From positions 11,780,001-11,844,000 of the forward strand of contig OX597818.1 of NCBI GenBank assembly GCA_951406725.2: 64,000 nucleotides of DNA, written 5' to 3'. The translations under genes and the position numbers were made by a program. Position 1 is the first letter of the stretch; the number at the start of each line of letters is the position of its first letter. This document shows, in pieces, positions 1 to 14,329 of this stretch. This stretch comes from Octopus vulgaris. Taxonomy: Eukaryota. Below the pieces are notes generated by a model that was not told the origin of the DNA, did no database searches, and saw only the letters and a program-made list of their open reading frames with translations.

Positions 1-2
1 CA

Positions 3-997
3 TGATATAAAGATAAAGTGCCAAAAGAAATAATGAGGACGACAAAACCGTTCTACTGTTTGAGAGAGAAGAAAACTTTATTTACAGATCTGTACAATAA
101 GATAAAGTATGGGTGCTAGCAAAGTGAAGTGTCCGTGTCTGTGTGTTCGTGTGTGTGCAGAATGCAATACAGAGAGTAGAAGAAAAGAGCTTGTCATGTT
201 ATTTTAGACAAAACTGAGTTAATTTACCAGCTCGTAGTAAGGTTACACAAAAGTAATAGTTCTGTAACAGGATGTTGGAGTCACAAGTGCAGAATGCCGG
301 TTGAACACATGTTGTGTAGCGGTTAGGGCTTCAATGCTGTGCCAGGTCTCTTGATACAGGAATTCTTGCAGATTGAGTTAAGCTGTTAACCTTGGTGAAA
401 ATCACAACAGCGAGAAAGCTAAACCTGAGCGAGTGCTGCGTACGTATTGCTGAAGTCGACGGTGGTGGACACGACGTGAAATTGAAGGACGACGATGGTG
501 ATGGCGATGGCAGAGAAAGGCGTCGTCGAAATGCAGGCGACGGATGTGGAGAGCGTTCTGCGTTGCTGGTGTATGTTAGCGTCGTCACAGCTGGAGATGG
601 AACATGGCTGGCTGGCTGGCTGGCTGGTCTGGTCGTCTGTCGCTGGAACTGGAATTGGCTGAGTAGGTCTGTGGTCAGAAGTTAGTCCTGAAAAGGACTA
701 GAAACAAAGACGGGTATTGCTGGAGCATGGTTGAGTCGCTCTGTGGTCAGAGGTTAGTCCTGAAAAGGACTAGATCCCAAGACGAGATATCGTGAATGCT
801 GGGGCCTTTTTATAACCTGCTAAAGGCTCCAGTGAGACCTCAAGAGACTGTGTCATGGGACCTTATCCGAAGGCCGTGAGTGGTTGGCTTACACACTGGC
901 GCGAAATAAGTCAAGAGACAAACTGCGCTAAATGCCAACTAATCAGGGCAGTGGACACCACAGGGTCAAAATAGCCGAAGATGGTTGCTATCTAACA
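3..997 (-). mobile_element. Putative solo LTR-like repeat
   Basis: Minus strand starts TGTTAGA at 997 and ends ...ATCA near 3. It has a TATAAAA box (about 808-814) and AATAAA (about 78-83) in LTR order, is GC-richer than its surroundings, and has no credible ORF. The TSD cannot be checked at the window edge. Confidence 0.35.
668..790. repeat. 72-bp-period direct duplication containing a 7-bp hairpin
   Basis: tctgtggtcagaRgttagtcctgaaaaggactaga occurs at 668-702 and 740-774; each copy contains tagtcct-GAAA-aggacta. Confidence 0.85.
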
Positions 998-1374
998 CGA
1001 GATCATTTCTAATATATCTCTCAAACAGTGAGAGTATCACCCACGCTACAGGTGAAAAGCAAAATAAAAATTTTGAAAGAAGCTTCTATAAAACTAGTTT
1101 TTAAACATCGAATGGCTATGGGGGTCCACCAGAATAAAATAGTAATCAAAGGGGTCCATAGATAAAAATGGGTAAGAACCCTTGGTCTAAACGGTGAAAT
1201 AAATGGAAATATCTTTAAAACAAAACCTACTTTATTTTCCATCCCCCATGCGGAGTAGACATTCAAAAATCTTTAATATTACTACCTGTCTTAAAATGTC
1301 TGTCGTCAAACTTGAAAAAACATTGAACATAATGAACGTGTCACTGGATAATAATGATAATAATTATAATCCAA

Positions 1375-1600
1375 TCTACTATAGGCGCAAGCCGGGAATT
1401 TTGGCGGTGGTGTGGAATGGATTTGTAGATTGCATCAACACCACGGCTTAACTGAAACTTAACTGGTACTCGGCTTAACTGGTACTCGAAAGGTTGAAAG
1501 CGAAATCGGCCTCGGCGAAATTTTAAGTCAAATCGTAAATCCGGAAGAAATGCCGCTAAGCGTATTGTCCTGCGTGCTAATAATTCTGCCAGCTTGCCGC
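1375..1600 (-). mobile_element. SINE-like dispersed repeat (family A)
   Basis: Same motif order (tactataggc.caag...aactggtact...gaaagg.tgaaag...gacctcggcgga/aattt...gctaa...ctgccagct) as copies at about 5000-5180, 31800-32085 and 39940-42340. Confidence 0.7.
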
Positions 1601-1601
1601 C

Positions 1602-1698
<97 letters not shown>

Positions 1699-1699
1699 C

Positions 1700-1778
<79 letters not shown>

Positions 1779-1798
1779 TTAATAATAATAATAATGAC

Positions 1799-1860
<62 letters not shown>

Positions 1861-1871
1861 TAATAATAATA
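1602..1871. repeat. (AAT)n microsatellite
   Basis: Read directly; it explains the poly-N, poly-I and poly-L ORFs. Confidence 0.98.
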
Positions 1872-2637
<766 letters not shown>

Positions 2638-2649
2638 TAATAATAATAA

Positions 2650-4410
2650 CTCTCTCCACTCCTTTTCTGCTTGGCACTGTCACCTCTATCTGATATGCTA
2701 AATAGAACTGGATGCGGATATAAATGTTACGGCAAAACGATCAGCCACCTTTTATATATGGATGACCTAAAACTATACGCTGCAAATGACAAACAGCTGG
2801 AAACACTATTAAAGACAGTTCATGGATTTACCAAAGAAATAGATATGAAATTTGGATTAGAAAAATGCGCCAAAGTAACCATGAAAAGAGGAAAACTAGT
2901 TAAGAGTAACAACATCACACTACATAAAACCAATGAAATAAAAGAATTAGACCAAAGCCAAACTTACAAATACTCAGGAATCCATGAACTAGATAAGACA
3001 CAACACACACAAATGAAAGAGAAAATAAAAAAAGAATATTATAGACGAGTTAGATCAATACTAAAAACAGAGCTCAATGCTAAAAACAAGATAATAGGTA
3101 TCAACACTTTAGCTGTCCCAGTTATAAGTTACAGCTACAATATCCTTAACTGGACACGAAATGAACTGTCCAAAATAGATAGGAAAACAAGAAAAATACT
3201 GACAGGATCTAGGATGCATCACCCAAAATCTGACATAGAAAGACTATATATACAACATATAGAAGGTGGTAGAGACCTTATACAGCTGGAAAACTACTAT
3301 AAAATAACCACCATAGGACTGCAAAAATACCTACTTCAGAAGGAAGGAAAACTGATCCAGATAGCAGCAAAACACGAGCAAAACAAAAAACTGTTCTCAG
3401 TATTTAAGGAAGCTGACAAATACAAACAAGAAATCATACCACCTAATAAACACAAAGAAGAAGAAGAAGATGATGAAGAAACAACAAAAGCTATAAAACA
3501 AATGAAATCCAAACTAAAAATAGAACAGCAACGAGCCATGATAAAACGATGGCAAGAAAAACCCCTTCATGGTAAATACTGCACTAAACTAAACGCAAAA
3601 GAAATAGACAAAGAAAAATCCCAGCAATGGTTGAGAAGCTCAGGACTCAAAGCAGAAACAGAGGGATTTTTAATTGCAGCACAAGACCAAAGCCTCCCCA
3701 CCAGAAATTACCAAAAACATGTAATGAAAAGAAATATTACAAGTAACTGCAGAATATGTGGAGATGGACAAGAAACAATAAATCATATTATCTCTAGCTG
3801 CCCAGTCCTGGCTAAGAAGGAATATATTCACAGACATGACAGAGTTGGAACCTACATACATTGGAAGCTATGCCAACATTATGGAATAACAACAGAAAAA
3901 AGATGGTATAGGCATACACCAGAAAAGGTCACAGAAAACGAGAAAGCAACCATACTCTGGGATATGCCGATACACACAGATAGAGAAATTAAGGCCAACA
4001 GACCAGATATAGTTGTCAGAGATCTTGAAGAAAAAAATGCTTTCTAATTGATGTATCAATACCGGCAGATGACAACGTGTCTCTAAAAGAAATGGAGAAA
4101 CTCTCAGAATACAAAGACCTGGAAATAGAGGTAACTAGAATGTGGAACCTGAAAACAGAAACAATTCCTATCATAGTAGGTGCATTAGGCATGATAAAAA
4201 AATATTCAGACAAATACATAACAAAAACACCAGGACTTACAAACACATATAACATACAGAAAATTGCACTACTAGGCACTGCACACATCCTACACAGAAC
4301 ACTTTCCATACAATAACCATCAGAGCATCGCAACAAATCACAGCACATACCCAAGGCACACAGAGCTGCGCTCGGTAGTGAAGTGAAAGCACGCTATAAA
4401 AATAAAACTA

Positions 4411-4413
<3 letters not shown>
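2650..4413 (+). mobile_element. 5'-truncated R4/Dong-clade non-LTR retrotransposon (RT, CCHC knuckle, restriction-like endonuclease)
   Basis: HLLYMDDLKLY (RT active site), CRICGDGQETINHIISSC zinc knuckle, RHD, RPDIV and IDVSIP...K (PD-D/ExK endonuclease). One frameshift in the A-run at about 4031-4037; stop about 4316. Inserted in (TAA)n, as known for Dong elements. Confidence 0.92.
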
Positions 4414-4482
<69 letters not shown>

Positions 4483-4528
4483 TATAATGATAATAATAAT
4501 AATAATAATAATGATGATAATAATAATG

Positions 4529-4568
<40 letters not shown>

Positions 4569-4603
4569 CAACAATAATAATAATAATGATAATAATAATG
4601 ATG

Positions 4604-4636
<33 letters not shown>

Positions 4637-4683
4637 TAATAATAATAACAACAACAACAATAATAATGATAATAATAATAATG

Positions 4684-4720
<37 letters not shown>

Positions 4721-4805
4721 TGATGATGATGATGATGATAATAATAATAATAACAACAATAATAATAATAATGATAATAATGATGATGATGATGATGATA
4801 ATAAT

Positions 4806-4894
<89 letters not shown>

Positions 4895-4920
4895 TAATAA
4901 TAATAATAATAATAATAATA

Positions 4921-4997
<77 letters not shown>
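4414..4997. repeat. Compound (AAT/AAC/GAT)n microsatellite switching to (TTA)n at about 4921
   Basis: Read directly. Confidence 0.97.
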
Positions 4998-4998
<1 letters not shown>

Positions 4999-5180
4999 TC
5001 TTTATTACCCACAAGGGGCTAAACACAGAGGGGACAAACAAGGACAGATATCGACCCCAGTGCGTAACTGGTACTTAATTTATCGACCCCGAAAGGATAA
5101 AAGGCAAAGTCGACCTCGGCGGAATTTGAACTCATAACGGCAGACGAAATACGGCTACGCATTTCGCCCAGCGTGCTAAC
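4998..5180 (-). mobile_element. SINE-like repeat (family A)
   Basis: Near-identical to 42117-42320. Confidence 0.75.
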
Positions 5181-5288
5181 AATAATAATAATGATAATAA
5201 TGATGATGATGATGATGATGAGGAGGAGGAGGAGGAGGAGGAGGACGACGACGACGAGGAGGAGGAGGACGAGGAGAAGAAGAAGAAG

Positions 5289-5320
<32 letters not shown>

Positions 5321-5357
5321 GTAGAAGAAGAAGAAGAAGAAGAAGAAGAAGAAGAAG

Positions 5358-5876
5358 ATCAGGTGCTAGAGCACTACAAACCGGACCTAGTGATGGTCGA
5401 CAAGGTGCACCACGTGCTATATAATTGATGTGCGTGCCCCTTTGATCCACAAATAGTTAATAAGGGATGCAAAAAAATTGATAGATACAGTCTTCTTAAT
5501 CACGAAATAGCCCGGCTATGGAAAATGAAAGTGAAGATATTGCCAATTATTGTTGGGTCCTTGGGGACAGTATCAAAAGGCATCAAGAGAATACAAAGGA
5601 AATCGGAATACTGTGCCAAGTAAAACTGTTACAAATGGTTTGCCTCCTTGGCACGGCCAAAATAATCAAGAAAGTATTGGATAGTTGAAAAGAACTGGGC
5701 CCCACCTGCAAGGTCATCCGTTGTTTATCTTGAGGTAAGATCACCATGTCGCCCATATATGGTTGTGATGCATGTGCATGGTGCACCCTTATCAGACGGG
5801 TAGTCATGATGTGTATATTGGGCTTCGTATATTTGACCCTAGTGTCACTTTGATGGCAAGCACTGCTCTCTTACTC

Positions 5877-5877
<1 letters not shown>
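5358..5877 (+). mobile_element. 3' fragment of a second R4/Dong-like LINE family
   Basis: Degenerate endonuclease region (EHYKPDLVMVDK...IID...LWKMKVKILPIIVGSLGTVSKG) homologous to 4000-4316, then a 3' UTR ending in (TAA)n. The same UTR recurs at 37364-37547. Confidence 0.75.
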
Positions 5878-5935
<58 letters not shown>

Positions 5936-7624
5936 TAATAATAATCCTTTCTACTACAGGCACAAGGGAGGTGCCCCTCTCCTATCTGTTCTCACCATCT
6001 TCCAGGGGCCAGCTTGGAGACGGCACGCTCACTCGTCTTTCAACAAAATTACTGATTTAGCACCTAACTGTGAAACCTCACTTACCTTTTCAAATAAAAG
6101 CTGTCGATGAGGTCTTGAGTGAAAAGGAAAATGCCTGTCTTCAGTCCTTTCATTCTCGTCAACCACACAACCTCTCCTTCATTAATCTTCACAGTGAAAC
6201 ACGGAACACATACTCGCGCGCACACTGCTTATCATCTTCGCAGTTATCCTGTATGCCATTATCTTGTGTGGGTGCTTTTCATACTCACATTGGGAATTTA
6301 TTCTCTGAGGCAGATTCGAAAGCTCGACCTTTGATCTGGGAGTACTGGACGAGACAGAATCCAAATGTGCCGTAGAAGCTACTCGATTGGAGATAACTTT
6401 ATAATTTCGTAATTATTATTGTCATTCTAAGTAACAGGGCAATAGTTATTAGCATGGTATTTCATCTTTTATAATTACACAGCATTTACCATATTTTCTT
6501 GTTTAGCAGTCACTTCTGACCACAGACACGCCTACGCAGATGCTAATAACCTTCATTTCTCTTAAACATTCCGCACATATACGCTATCGAATTGCGATAT
6601 AAAGTCAAGGATAGGGTTGCTAGATCCGCTAGAAATGACTGCTAAATCACCCTCAAATGGCACATATCTGTCTCAAAATACAAAAAATTCTTATTCAGCA
6701 AAAATATGGAATATGATCACGACCAGAATGGTTTTAAAACGTTTGTCTGGTGAATCAGGGTTCATCTGCGTGCTTAACAACAACAACCGCAAAATGCGCT
6801 TTAGCGTCAATATGGTCACTTAGAGTGCTAGAAATAACAGCCAAATCTGTTTGAAATTACACCCTATTGCCTTAAAAAAAGGACCCTAAAACTGACCCTA
6901 GGCACTATGTGGTATGGTTATGGGTGAAACGCTTTTCACTGGGGATTTTTTGGGTTAAGCCTGAGTTTACACAACAACTACCTAGACCGGTTAACGTACG
7001 ATTTGATCTGAATCCCAGAGAAGGAAAAAAATATCGTCTGTAGGTTGCCAAGTCTCCATTGAGACTTAGCAACATACTGACGCTATATTATCAAGGTTTA
7101 AATATGGATCATAGGTCTGCTGGATCGAACTGTCTTGGGGATACACAAATGCAACAGCAACCACTACCTTACAGATGCGTTGTTTCATTTCCCTATCTTT
7201 TCTACTACTACTCTGAAATAGCAAGCAGCATATTTCCTTTACCCACGGACAACCGACACTCCATCACTCATAAAAACTCACAAAGCCGGTTTCCCCGTTT
7301 CTGTGCCATATATATTTCCCTCTCCACGGGACGCCGGTCCGTCGCAGGATTATTAATTTTTGCAAGCTGAGTGAACTGGGGCAGCGTGAAATGAAGTGTT
7401 TTGCTTAAAGAACACAGCGCGTCGACCGGTCCAGGTATCGAAACCACAATATTACGATCATGAGTCCAATACCTAGCTCTAAGCAACGTGCCACCACTTA
7501 CTCCATCATTACCTCTTTTTGTCATCCTCTCTCTACATTATACTACCCAGTTTTTTGGGGTTTTTTTACTAGCTGACCCCGTGCCGTCAAAAATGACGGT
7601 GAATTGTAGTATTTTATATATAGT

Positions 7625-7895
7625 AGTTAGAGCAGTAGACTCGCGGGTTCGAATCTCAGACCGAGCGATGTGTGTGTTTATGAGCGAAGCACCTAAGCTC
7701 CACGCGGCTCCGGCAGAAGGTAATGGCAAACTTCTGCTGACGCTTTCGCCACAACTTTTTTTCTCACTCTTTCCTCCCGCATCTTGCAGCTCACCTGCGA
7801 CGGACCGGCGTCCCGCCCAGGTGGGGAACCTATACACCAAGGAAACCGGAAAACCGGCCCCTATGAGCCAGGCGTGGCTCGAGAAGGAAATTACA
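7625..7895 (+). mobile_element. tRNA-derived SINE (family C-related)
   Basis: Box-B-like GGTTCGAATC followed by cacctaagctccacg...cacaact, shared with 52800-52950. Confidence 0.65.
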
Positions 7896-8825
7896 ACACT
7901 ATATAAATAAGGTAGAAAACGAAGTTTTTAGTTTAGTAATTCTTTTATTACAAAATTTATTATATACTTTCAACTGCAGTCGATTTATATTGTTGGTACA
8001 CTCAGGCAATAATTATTTTCTCTAATGAGTTTGTATATGCATGTTTGTGTAGATGTGTGTTATTGTAATAATTATTTTTAACAAAATAGATAGAATATGG
8101 ATGGTAAATCAAATTAATACACTTGTCAATGTTACCTAGTGGTTGTCTTTTGAGATGCGACAACGGTCATCGTTTGTTACTGAAAGAAAGCTAGTTCACA
8201 CATATATTCACATACTGCCCTTGTACACGCACACACAAGCACATATATACTCACACAGAGTTGAAACGCTGTTTAATTTTACTTTTCAGCGTTGTGTGTT
8301 CACCATTCCACTTCCATTGCACACGCGCGCGCGCATACCTCCCTTTTACATACACACACATATACTCACGCAAAGTTGAAACGCTGCTTGAGTTTCTTTT
8401 CCCGTAGAATTTCCATCATCCCACTACCAGTTTACCATTACTGCTTCCTTTCACATTCATATGTTGTGATGATGGAAAAAACACAAGAATATCATTATAG
8501 TAGATTCTTTTACTTGTTTCAGTCATTTGACTGCGACCATGCTGGAGCACCGCCATTAGTCGAACAAATCAACCCTAGGACTTATTCTTTATAACATTAC
8601 TTACATTATTTACATTTGACGGATATTCGGGCTTGTATTAGGAGACTTTTCATAGATCACTACTATTACTACCACAACAGGTCATTTATAGGTCACTTGA
8701 CCATTTAAGAAGATTCTTATGTCTTCTTCTTCTTCTTCTTCTTCTTCTTCTTCTTCTTCTTCTTCTTCTTCTTCTTCTTCTTCTTCTTCTTCTTCTTCAG
8801 AAAAAGGTAATTAAAATTCATTAAA

Positions 8826-9888
8826 ATGACAGATCTATCGAACTTTCAAAGCGGTCAAATTGTTGGTTATCGTATGGCAGGCGCTAGCGTAACGAAAACA
8901 GTCGAAATGTTTGGTGTATCAAGAAGTACTGTCTCGACAGTAATGGCAACCTTTAAGAAAGAGGGAAAAGCCTCCTCGTCGAAACAAAATTCCGGAAGAA
9001 AGCCAAAACTTTCAGATAGGGACCGTAAAACTCTGACGCGAATTGTTAGAAGAGTTCACAAAAGTATAGCTCACAAAATTACTGCAGAGTTTGATGACCA
9101 CCTCGAGAACCCAGTTTCCACAAAAACCGCTCGCGGGAGCTGCACAAAGCCGGATTTCACGGAGGGCTGCAATCAGAAAACCACTACTTTCAAAAACAAA
9201 CGTTGCAAAACGTTTAGAGTGGAGTAAAAGCCTATGGAAGAATGCTATTTTCTGGGACGAGTTGTTTTTTACCTTATTTCCGACCACTGGCCGAGTATAC
9301 GGGCGGAGACAGTCAAACGAAACATTTGACCCAGGCTGCCTTCTTCCAACTGTTAAACATGGAGGAGGATGTGTGATGATCTGGGGCGGGGGGGGGACTA
9401 TATCTTGGAAATCCGCCGACCCAATGGTTTCCCTTCATAGCAGAATTAATAGTCAAGACTATTTAAGCATTTTATTTGATCAAATTCATCCTATGGTTGC
9501 GGAACTCTTTCCGGAGGGAAACGCAATCTTTCAGAATGATAACGTACCAATTCATACAGCTAAGCTTGTTACTGAATAACACGAGGAACATTCTAGTGAA
9601 GTTGAACATCTTATCTAGCCACCACATTCTGCAGATCTCAATACTATTGAACATTCATGGTGCATTTTAGAAAAACAAGTAAGGAATCGATATCCTCAAC
9701 CATCATCACTACAAGAATTGGAGACTGTTTTAGCTGAAGAATGGACAAAAATTCTTTGGAAACAATTCAAACTTTGTACGAGTCCATACCTCATAAAATT
9801 CAGGGGTAATTATTGCCAAAAGCAGTCCTACCCCATATTAAGATAAATTTGCTTGAAATGTTAAGGTGTTTCCATTTTGTCCAAGCCC

Positions 9889-9890
<2 letters not shown>
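8826..9890 (+). pseudogene. Tc1/mariner transposase relic
   Basis: MTDLSNFQSGQIVG...HTH, IFWDE, PTVKHGGGCVMIWG, FQNDNVPIH, PHSADLNTIEHSW. Has frameshifts and stops; right end ...gtccaagccctg abuts (TA)n. Confidence 0.9.
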
Positions 9891-9961
<71 letters not shown>

Positions 9962-10033
9962 TTATATATATATATGTAAAAGGAAAATCAGACAAGGTAC
10001 AAAATGCTAAAATAATTTTATTATGGGGAACAT

Positions 10034-10073
10034 TTTAGTATCGGTTTCAATCTTGGCGACTTTTTCAACTGAA
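10034..10073 (-). ncRNA. Degenerate minimal hammerhead-ribozyme-like motif
   Basis: Minus strand reads ttcag-TTGAAAA-agtc gccaa gatt-GAAA-ccga-TA-ctaaa. Several core mismatches; lies next to a (TA)n array. Confidence 0.3.
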
Positions 10074-10476
10074 GGTAAAGCATGAAAAACAATTAAATTG
10101 TGGGAAAATTAATGAAATACATCTTAAAAAATATTTCCATAGTTTTCAAATGCAAGAGGCGTTTTCCTTTTTTTTCTGTCCGTCCCTCTCTCTTTTTTAC
10201 TCTTGTGAAGGTTTGGTAGCAGGTAGTAGCTGTCCTAATATTTTATATGAGTTCTTGGTTTTGATTTAAGAAGTAGCAGAGGAAGGAGAAAGCGAAGAAG
10301 AAGAAGAAGAAGAATCCTTTTAAATGGTCAAGTGACCTATAAATGACCTGTTGTGGTAGTAATAGTAGTGATCTATGAAAAGTCTCCTAACACAAACCCA
10401 AGTACGCTCGACAACACTGAAGCCGTCATGAAAAAATGCAGAAGATCTAACTGTGGTATATGCGTCAACCAAATTG

Positions 10477-10526
<50 letters not shown>

Positions 10527-12768
10527 ATGTATATATATATATAAACATGTATATAAATACATAGTGAAAGTATTGCATCACATTACAATAGAGATGCCAT
10601 TGTTTCACCATTGACACGTAATACCGATACAGCCTAAGAAATAAGAGATTGCTCCGGGCTCGCATTAGGCAAAAAGTTGAAAATTTTGTTTGGCCCATGA
10701 CACTCCATTGACTCTAAGTAAGACGTGTAAAATTTGAATGAAATCGGTTTGGTAGATCTCGAGTTTTAGCGATGCACACCTACATATATATATAGATTAC
10801 ATACGTATATTACATATATTTATTTCCTTTACCCTGTTTCAGTCATTAGACTGCGGTCATGCTGGGGCACCACCGCCTTGATGAATTTATATGTGTGTAT
10901 GTGTGTGCGTGTGTATGTGTGTGTGTACATGTAATAATTTGCACTTAAATAGAACGTACTGTCAGTAAAGGGACGTGTTTTTGTTTCCTTTTATAACCTA
11001 GTCATGTGTAACATAACATATTTAACTGCTAATCAGATAGCGAAGTTTAGTGATCCATCGCCTGTTTAGTGAATTCGGTTTATTGCATATTCCGTTTAAT
11101 TGCTTGAGAATTTCAATCGCTGAAAGCATGAAATTAAGCAGAATCAACTGGAACCGCTTGAATACAATAATTTTGTTCAAACCTAAAGAAATGCTCGTCG
11201 AAGTTTACAATATTGTTGTTTTTCAACCGATACAAATGGGAGTTTCATTCTACTTGAACTTCGGACGTGGGAGACACCGATGCAGGTCTACCGTAGCCGT
11301 TTACGGACTCCACTCGTTGTCATGCCGTCTCAACACCGGTCGCTTCCCTTGGCATACTGCCCACGATGACATTTTAACGGCTGAAGTTGTGCTGATAGAT
11401 AAAGCAGGTTTGAGTAAGGCTGCGTGTATAGATAAAAGAAGGACAAGGAAACCAGGATTAAATTCAACCCGTTACAAAGCATTGACATGGCAAAGCTATT
11501 GAGATACATCTTGAAGGAATATATACACAATGATTTAACATGCAGTTGGTACATAATTATTATGTATGCGATATAGAATAGGAAAAACAAATACGAGACA
11601 TAACTTCTGTTGGAAGATAAGAACAAACGGACACTTCAAAGAATAGCCGAGGCTGCCTGCGGAATAAAACTTGTTCTCAGCCGATGATCCGAACTCCATC
11701 GTGCAAACCCACTTCCCTGAAAAAATAGCATGAGATACGTCCAGACATAAATTTCCTAATCTCGGCTGGTCTGTCACGGGACTAGACCAAAACGTGATGA
11801 GCCAAAATGTGGGTGCTTAAAGGTAAAGAGCCAAACTGTGAGCATTCTTCTGCTACAATATCGTCAAATGTGGTTTTCCGTCGCAACTTAAATCGGCGGG
11901 GTTAGAAACCAACAGATTAGGCACAGCCTTCCTGTTCCAAGACAAGTCCCTTAACTGGGATGCGACTTAAAGGTGATATTTTTTTCCTGCGACAACCTAG
12001 TGAAATTGGTATCAGACCTTGTTTTTTCTCCGATCTGCTGAGGATCGCAAGCTTTGAAAACGTCCGACGTTTTGGGAACCCAAACTACCTCCACACTAGG
12101 TCAGACAAGGGTAGAGATGTTTATACGCATGAACAAGTCCCACAAGGTAACTGGCACTTTCAGCATATCTCCTTCGCCAACCTTCAAAGCAACGCATTCA
12201 CCATTTTATCTTTCGAGAATACGGAACTTGCATGACGGCTGTTTAATATTCCTCAGTAAATTTATTTCAAAATTGTAAAACAGGATTGATTGTGGCCTGT
12301 CTAAAAAAGAAAAAAAATTAAAACAGAATTACGGTAAAAAGGCGTAGTTTATGAAAAGCCCAAACGTATTAACAATAGATGTTTTAGAGCTAAACAAATC
12401 AAACATCACGGATTGTATGTATGACATCATTAAAAATATAAAACCACACAATTTTGTGGCTTAGCTTTTGATGTTGATTGTATTTTTTCGTGAAAAAAAA
12501 AACGACTGTTGGCACAAAATATCAAAATGTTCCAAATTTAAAAAGACGAGAAACTTTATATTTACTTGACATTCCACGGTCCGCTAACAATCCTATTCAC
12601 AATGTTGTTCTATTGTATGGTGAGAGTCAAAATATTTGAGAAATTTAGGTTGTATCAAAAAAAATTACGATGAATCTGAGTGTGTGTTTTGTGTGTGTGT
12701 GTGTGTGTGTGTTTTTATAATATGCGTTGCATTCTTATATTTCTATAGTACGGGGTGGAGAGAATGCC

Positions 12769-12826
<58 letters not shown>

Positions 12827-13307
12827 GCATGTATTCAGGTAGCTAGGTGCGTCATTGTGAGTTATGAGGACTGAGTGGGCAATGCTCTATGATGTGTCTT
12901 AAACTGACTAAAGTAATGAAATGTCAGTTGATTTAACGCATATTTTGAAGGGGAAACTCCATATATTAACTAGAAATAATCATGTACCAAAGAAAACCAA
13001 AAAAAAAAGAACAATTTTAGTCATTGGCCAAACTGTTCTAAAGCCATTTTGAAAGATCGGCAACTTCATCAGACCTTTTCATAACATAGGAAGTAATTCG
13101 AGTTTTATTACTAAATACATTACGTGAAGTCACAAGTAAAGGTCCGCAGATGCTTACTGTAAAATACCAGATAAATTATATGTTTATTAATGAGAACTGT
13201 CGCTTCTCTGAATTTGTTTCTACTGAATTCCAAGAAATGCTTACTAATACTTTACAAATTTGCAAATGCCAGACAGAAGGTCTCTATTGTTATTTTGTTG
13301 TTTTTGT

Positions 13308-13376
<69 letters not shown>

Positions 13377-13432
13377 TGTTGTTGCTCTTCGTTTTCTTCT
13401 TCTTTAACAAATAATCAGCCCTTATCAATTAG

Positions 13433-13594
13433 CAGGGGCAGACCCAAGGGGAGGGGGGCTGAGAGGCACGTGCCTCTCACATCACTCAAGAAAAGAAGTG
13501 CGCCCTTCTCTTCTAAATAATCTTATTATGGCCTTTTCTCCTGCAATTTCTGACCTTGTGCCCTCCCTTTAAAAAATTCCTGGGACCGCGCCTA
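13433..13594. mobile_element. Short GC-rich MITE-like element
   Basis: Imperfect terminal inverted repeats caggggcagacccaagg ... cctgggaccgcgcct. Confidence 0.45.
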
Positions 13595-13741
13595 ATCAGA
13601 TCTAACAAGAAAGACATTCAAGATGTGATACCTTTTTAGGAATATGCGCAAGACTGCTCTTATCTAATGTATCATTTTATAACTTCTTATGGCGGGATGA
13701 AATTTAAGGGAGATTTGTATAAATATATTTTTATACATAAG

Positions 13742-13901
13742 CGCAGAAGTGGCTGTGTGGTAAGACGCTTGCTTCCCAACTACATGGTTTCAGGCTCAGT
13801 CCAACTGCGTGGAACCTTGGGCAAGTGTCTTCTACTAAAGCCTCAAGCCGACGAAAGCCCTCTGAGTGGATTTGGTAGACGGAAACTGAAAGAAACACGT
13901 C

Positions 13902-13905
<4 letters not shown>
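13742..13905 (+). mobile_element. tRNA-derived SINE (family B), 5' half
   Basis: gtggctgtgtggtaag...ggcaagtgtcttctact...gtggatttggtagacggaaactgaaagaa; many copies in the window. Confidence 0.8.
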
Positions 13906-13940
<35 letters not shown>

Positions 13941-14329
13941 CATGCAGGAAGTAAATAGACACCTTTAAATTTCAAAATCTTTTATTTGATATTAATTGGT
14001 TGAAGGATAGGTTTTCTTCTAACTACTCGTTATAATAACCAAGCTTATGCAGATATGTAATACACGTTCTTAGACTAACTTCTAGCTGTTTTGTAATGTC
14101 AGAAGCCTTCGAACTGGGTTCGTTTTCCACAATTCTTTTCAAATAACGAAGCTTCTTTTCCTAGAGCCAGGTTCCGCTGGGATGAGAATCTGTTGATTCT
14201 CTTCCTTGGGTTTTGAATTGCACTATAATTCTATTAACAGCAGCAAGAAGAATTTGAAGATTTTCGGCAATTTTTCGGTGGCTAAGACCAGCCTCAGGTT
14301 GCCCAACAATACGACCTCTTTGAAATATA

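Larger units (their letters stand above)
7569..10796 (-). mobile_element. Possible non-autonomous Helitron with nested insertions
   Basis: On the minus strand, a 3' CTAG|T end with hairpin ccgtca-aaa-tgacgg lies at 7569-7600 and a 5' A|TCTATATATATA end at 10796. The end architecture matches 19465-19857; that the two ends belong to one element is inferred. Confidence 0.45.
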
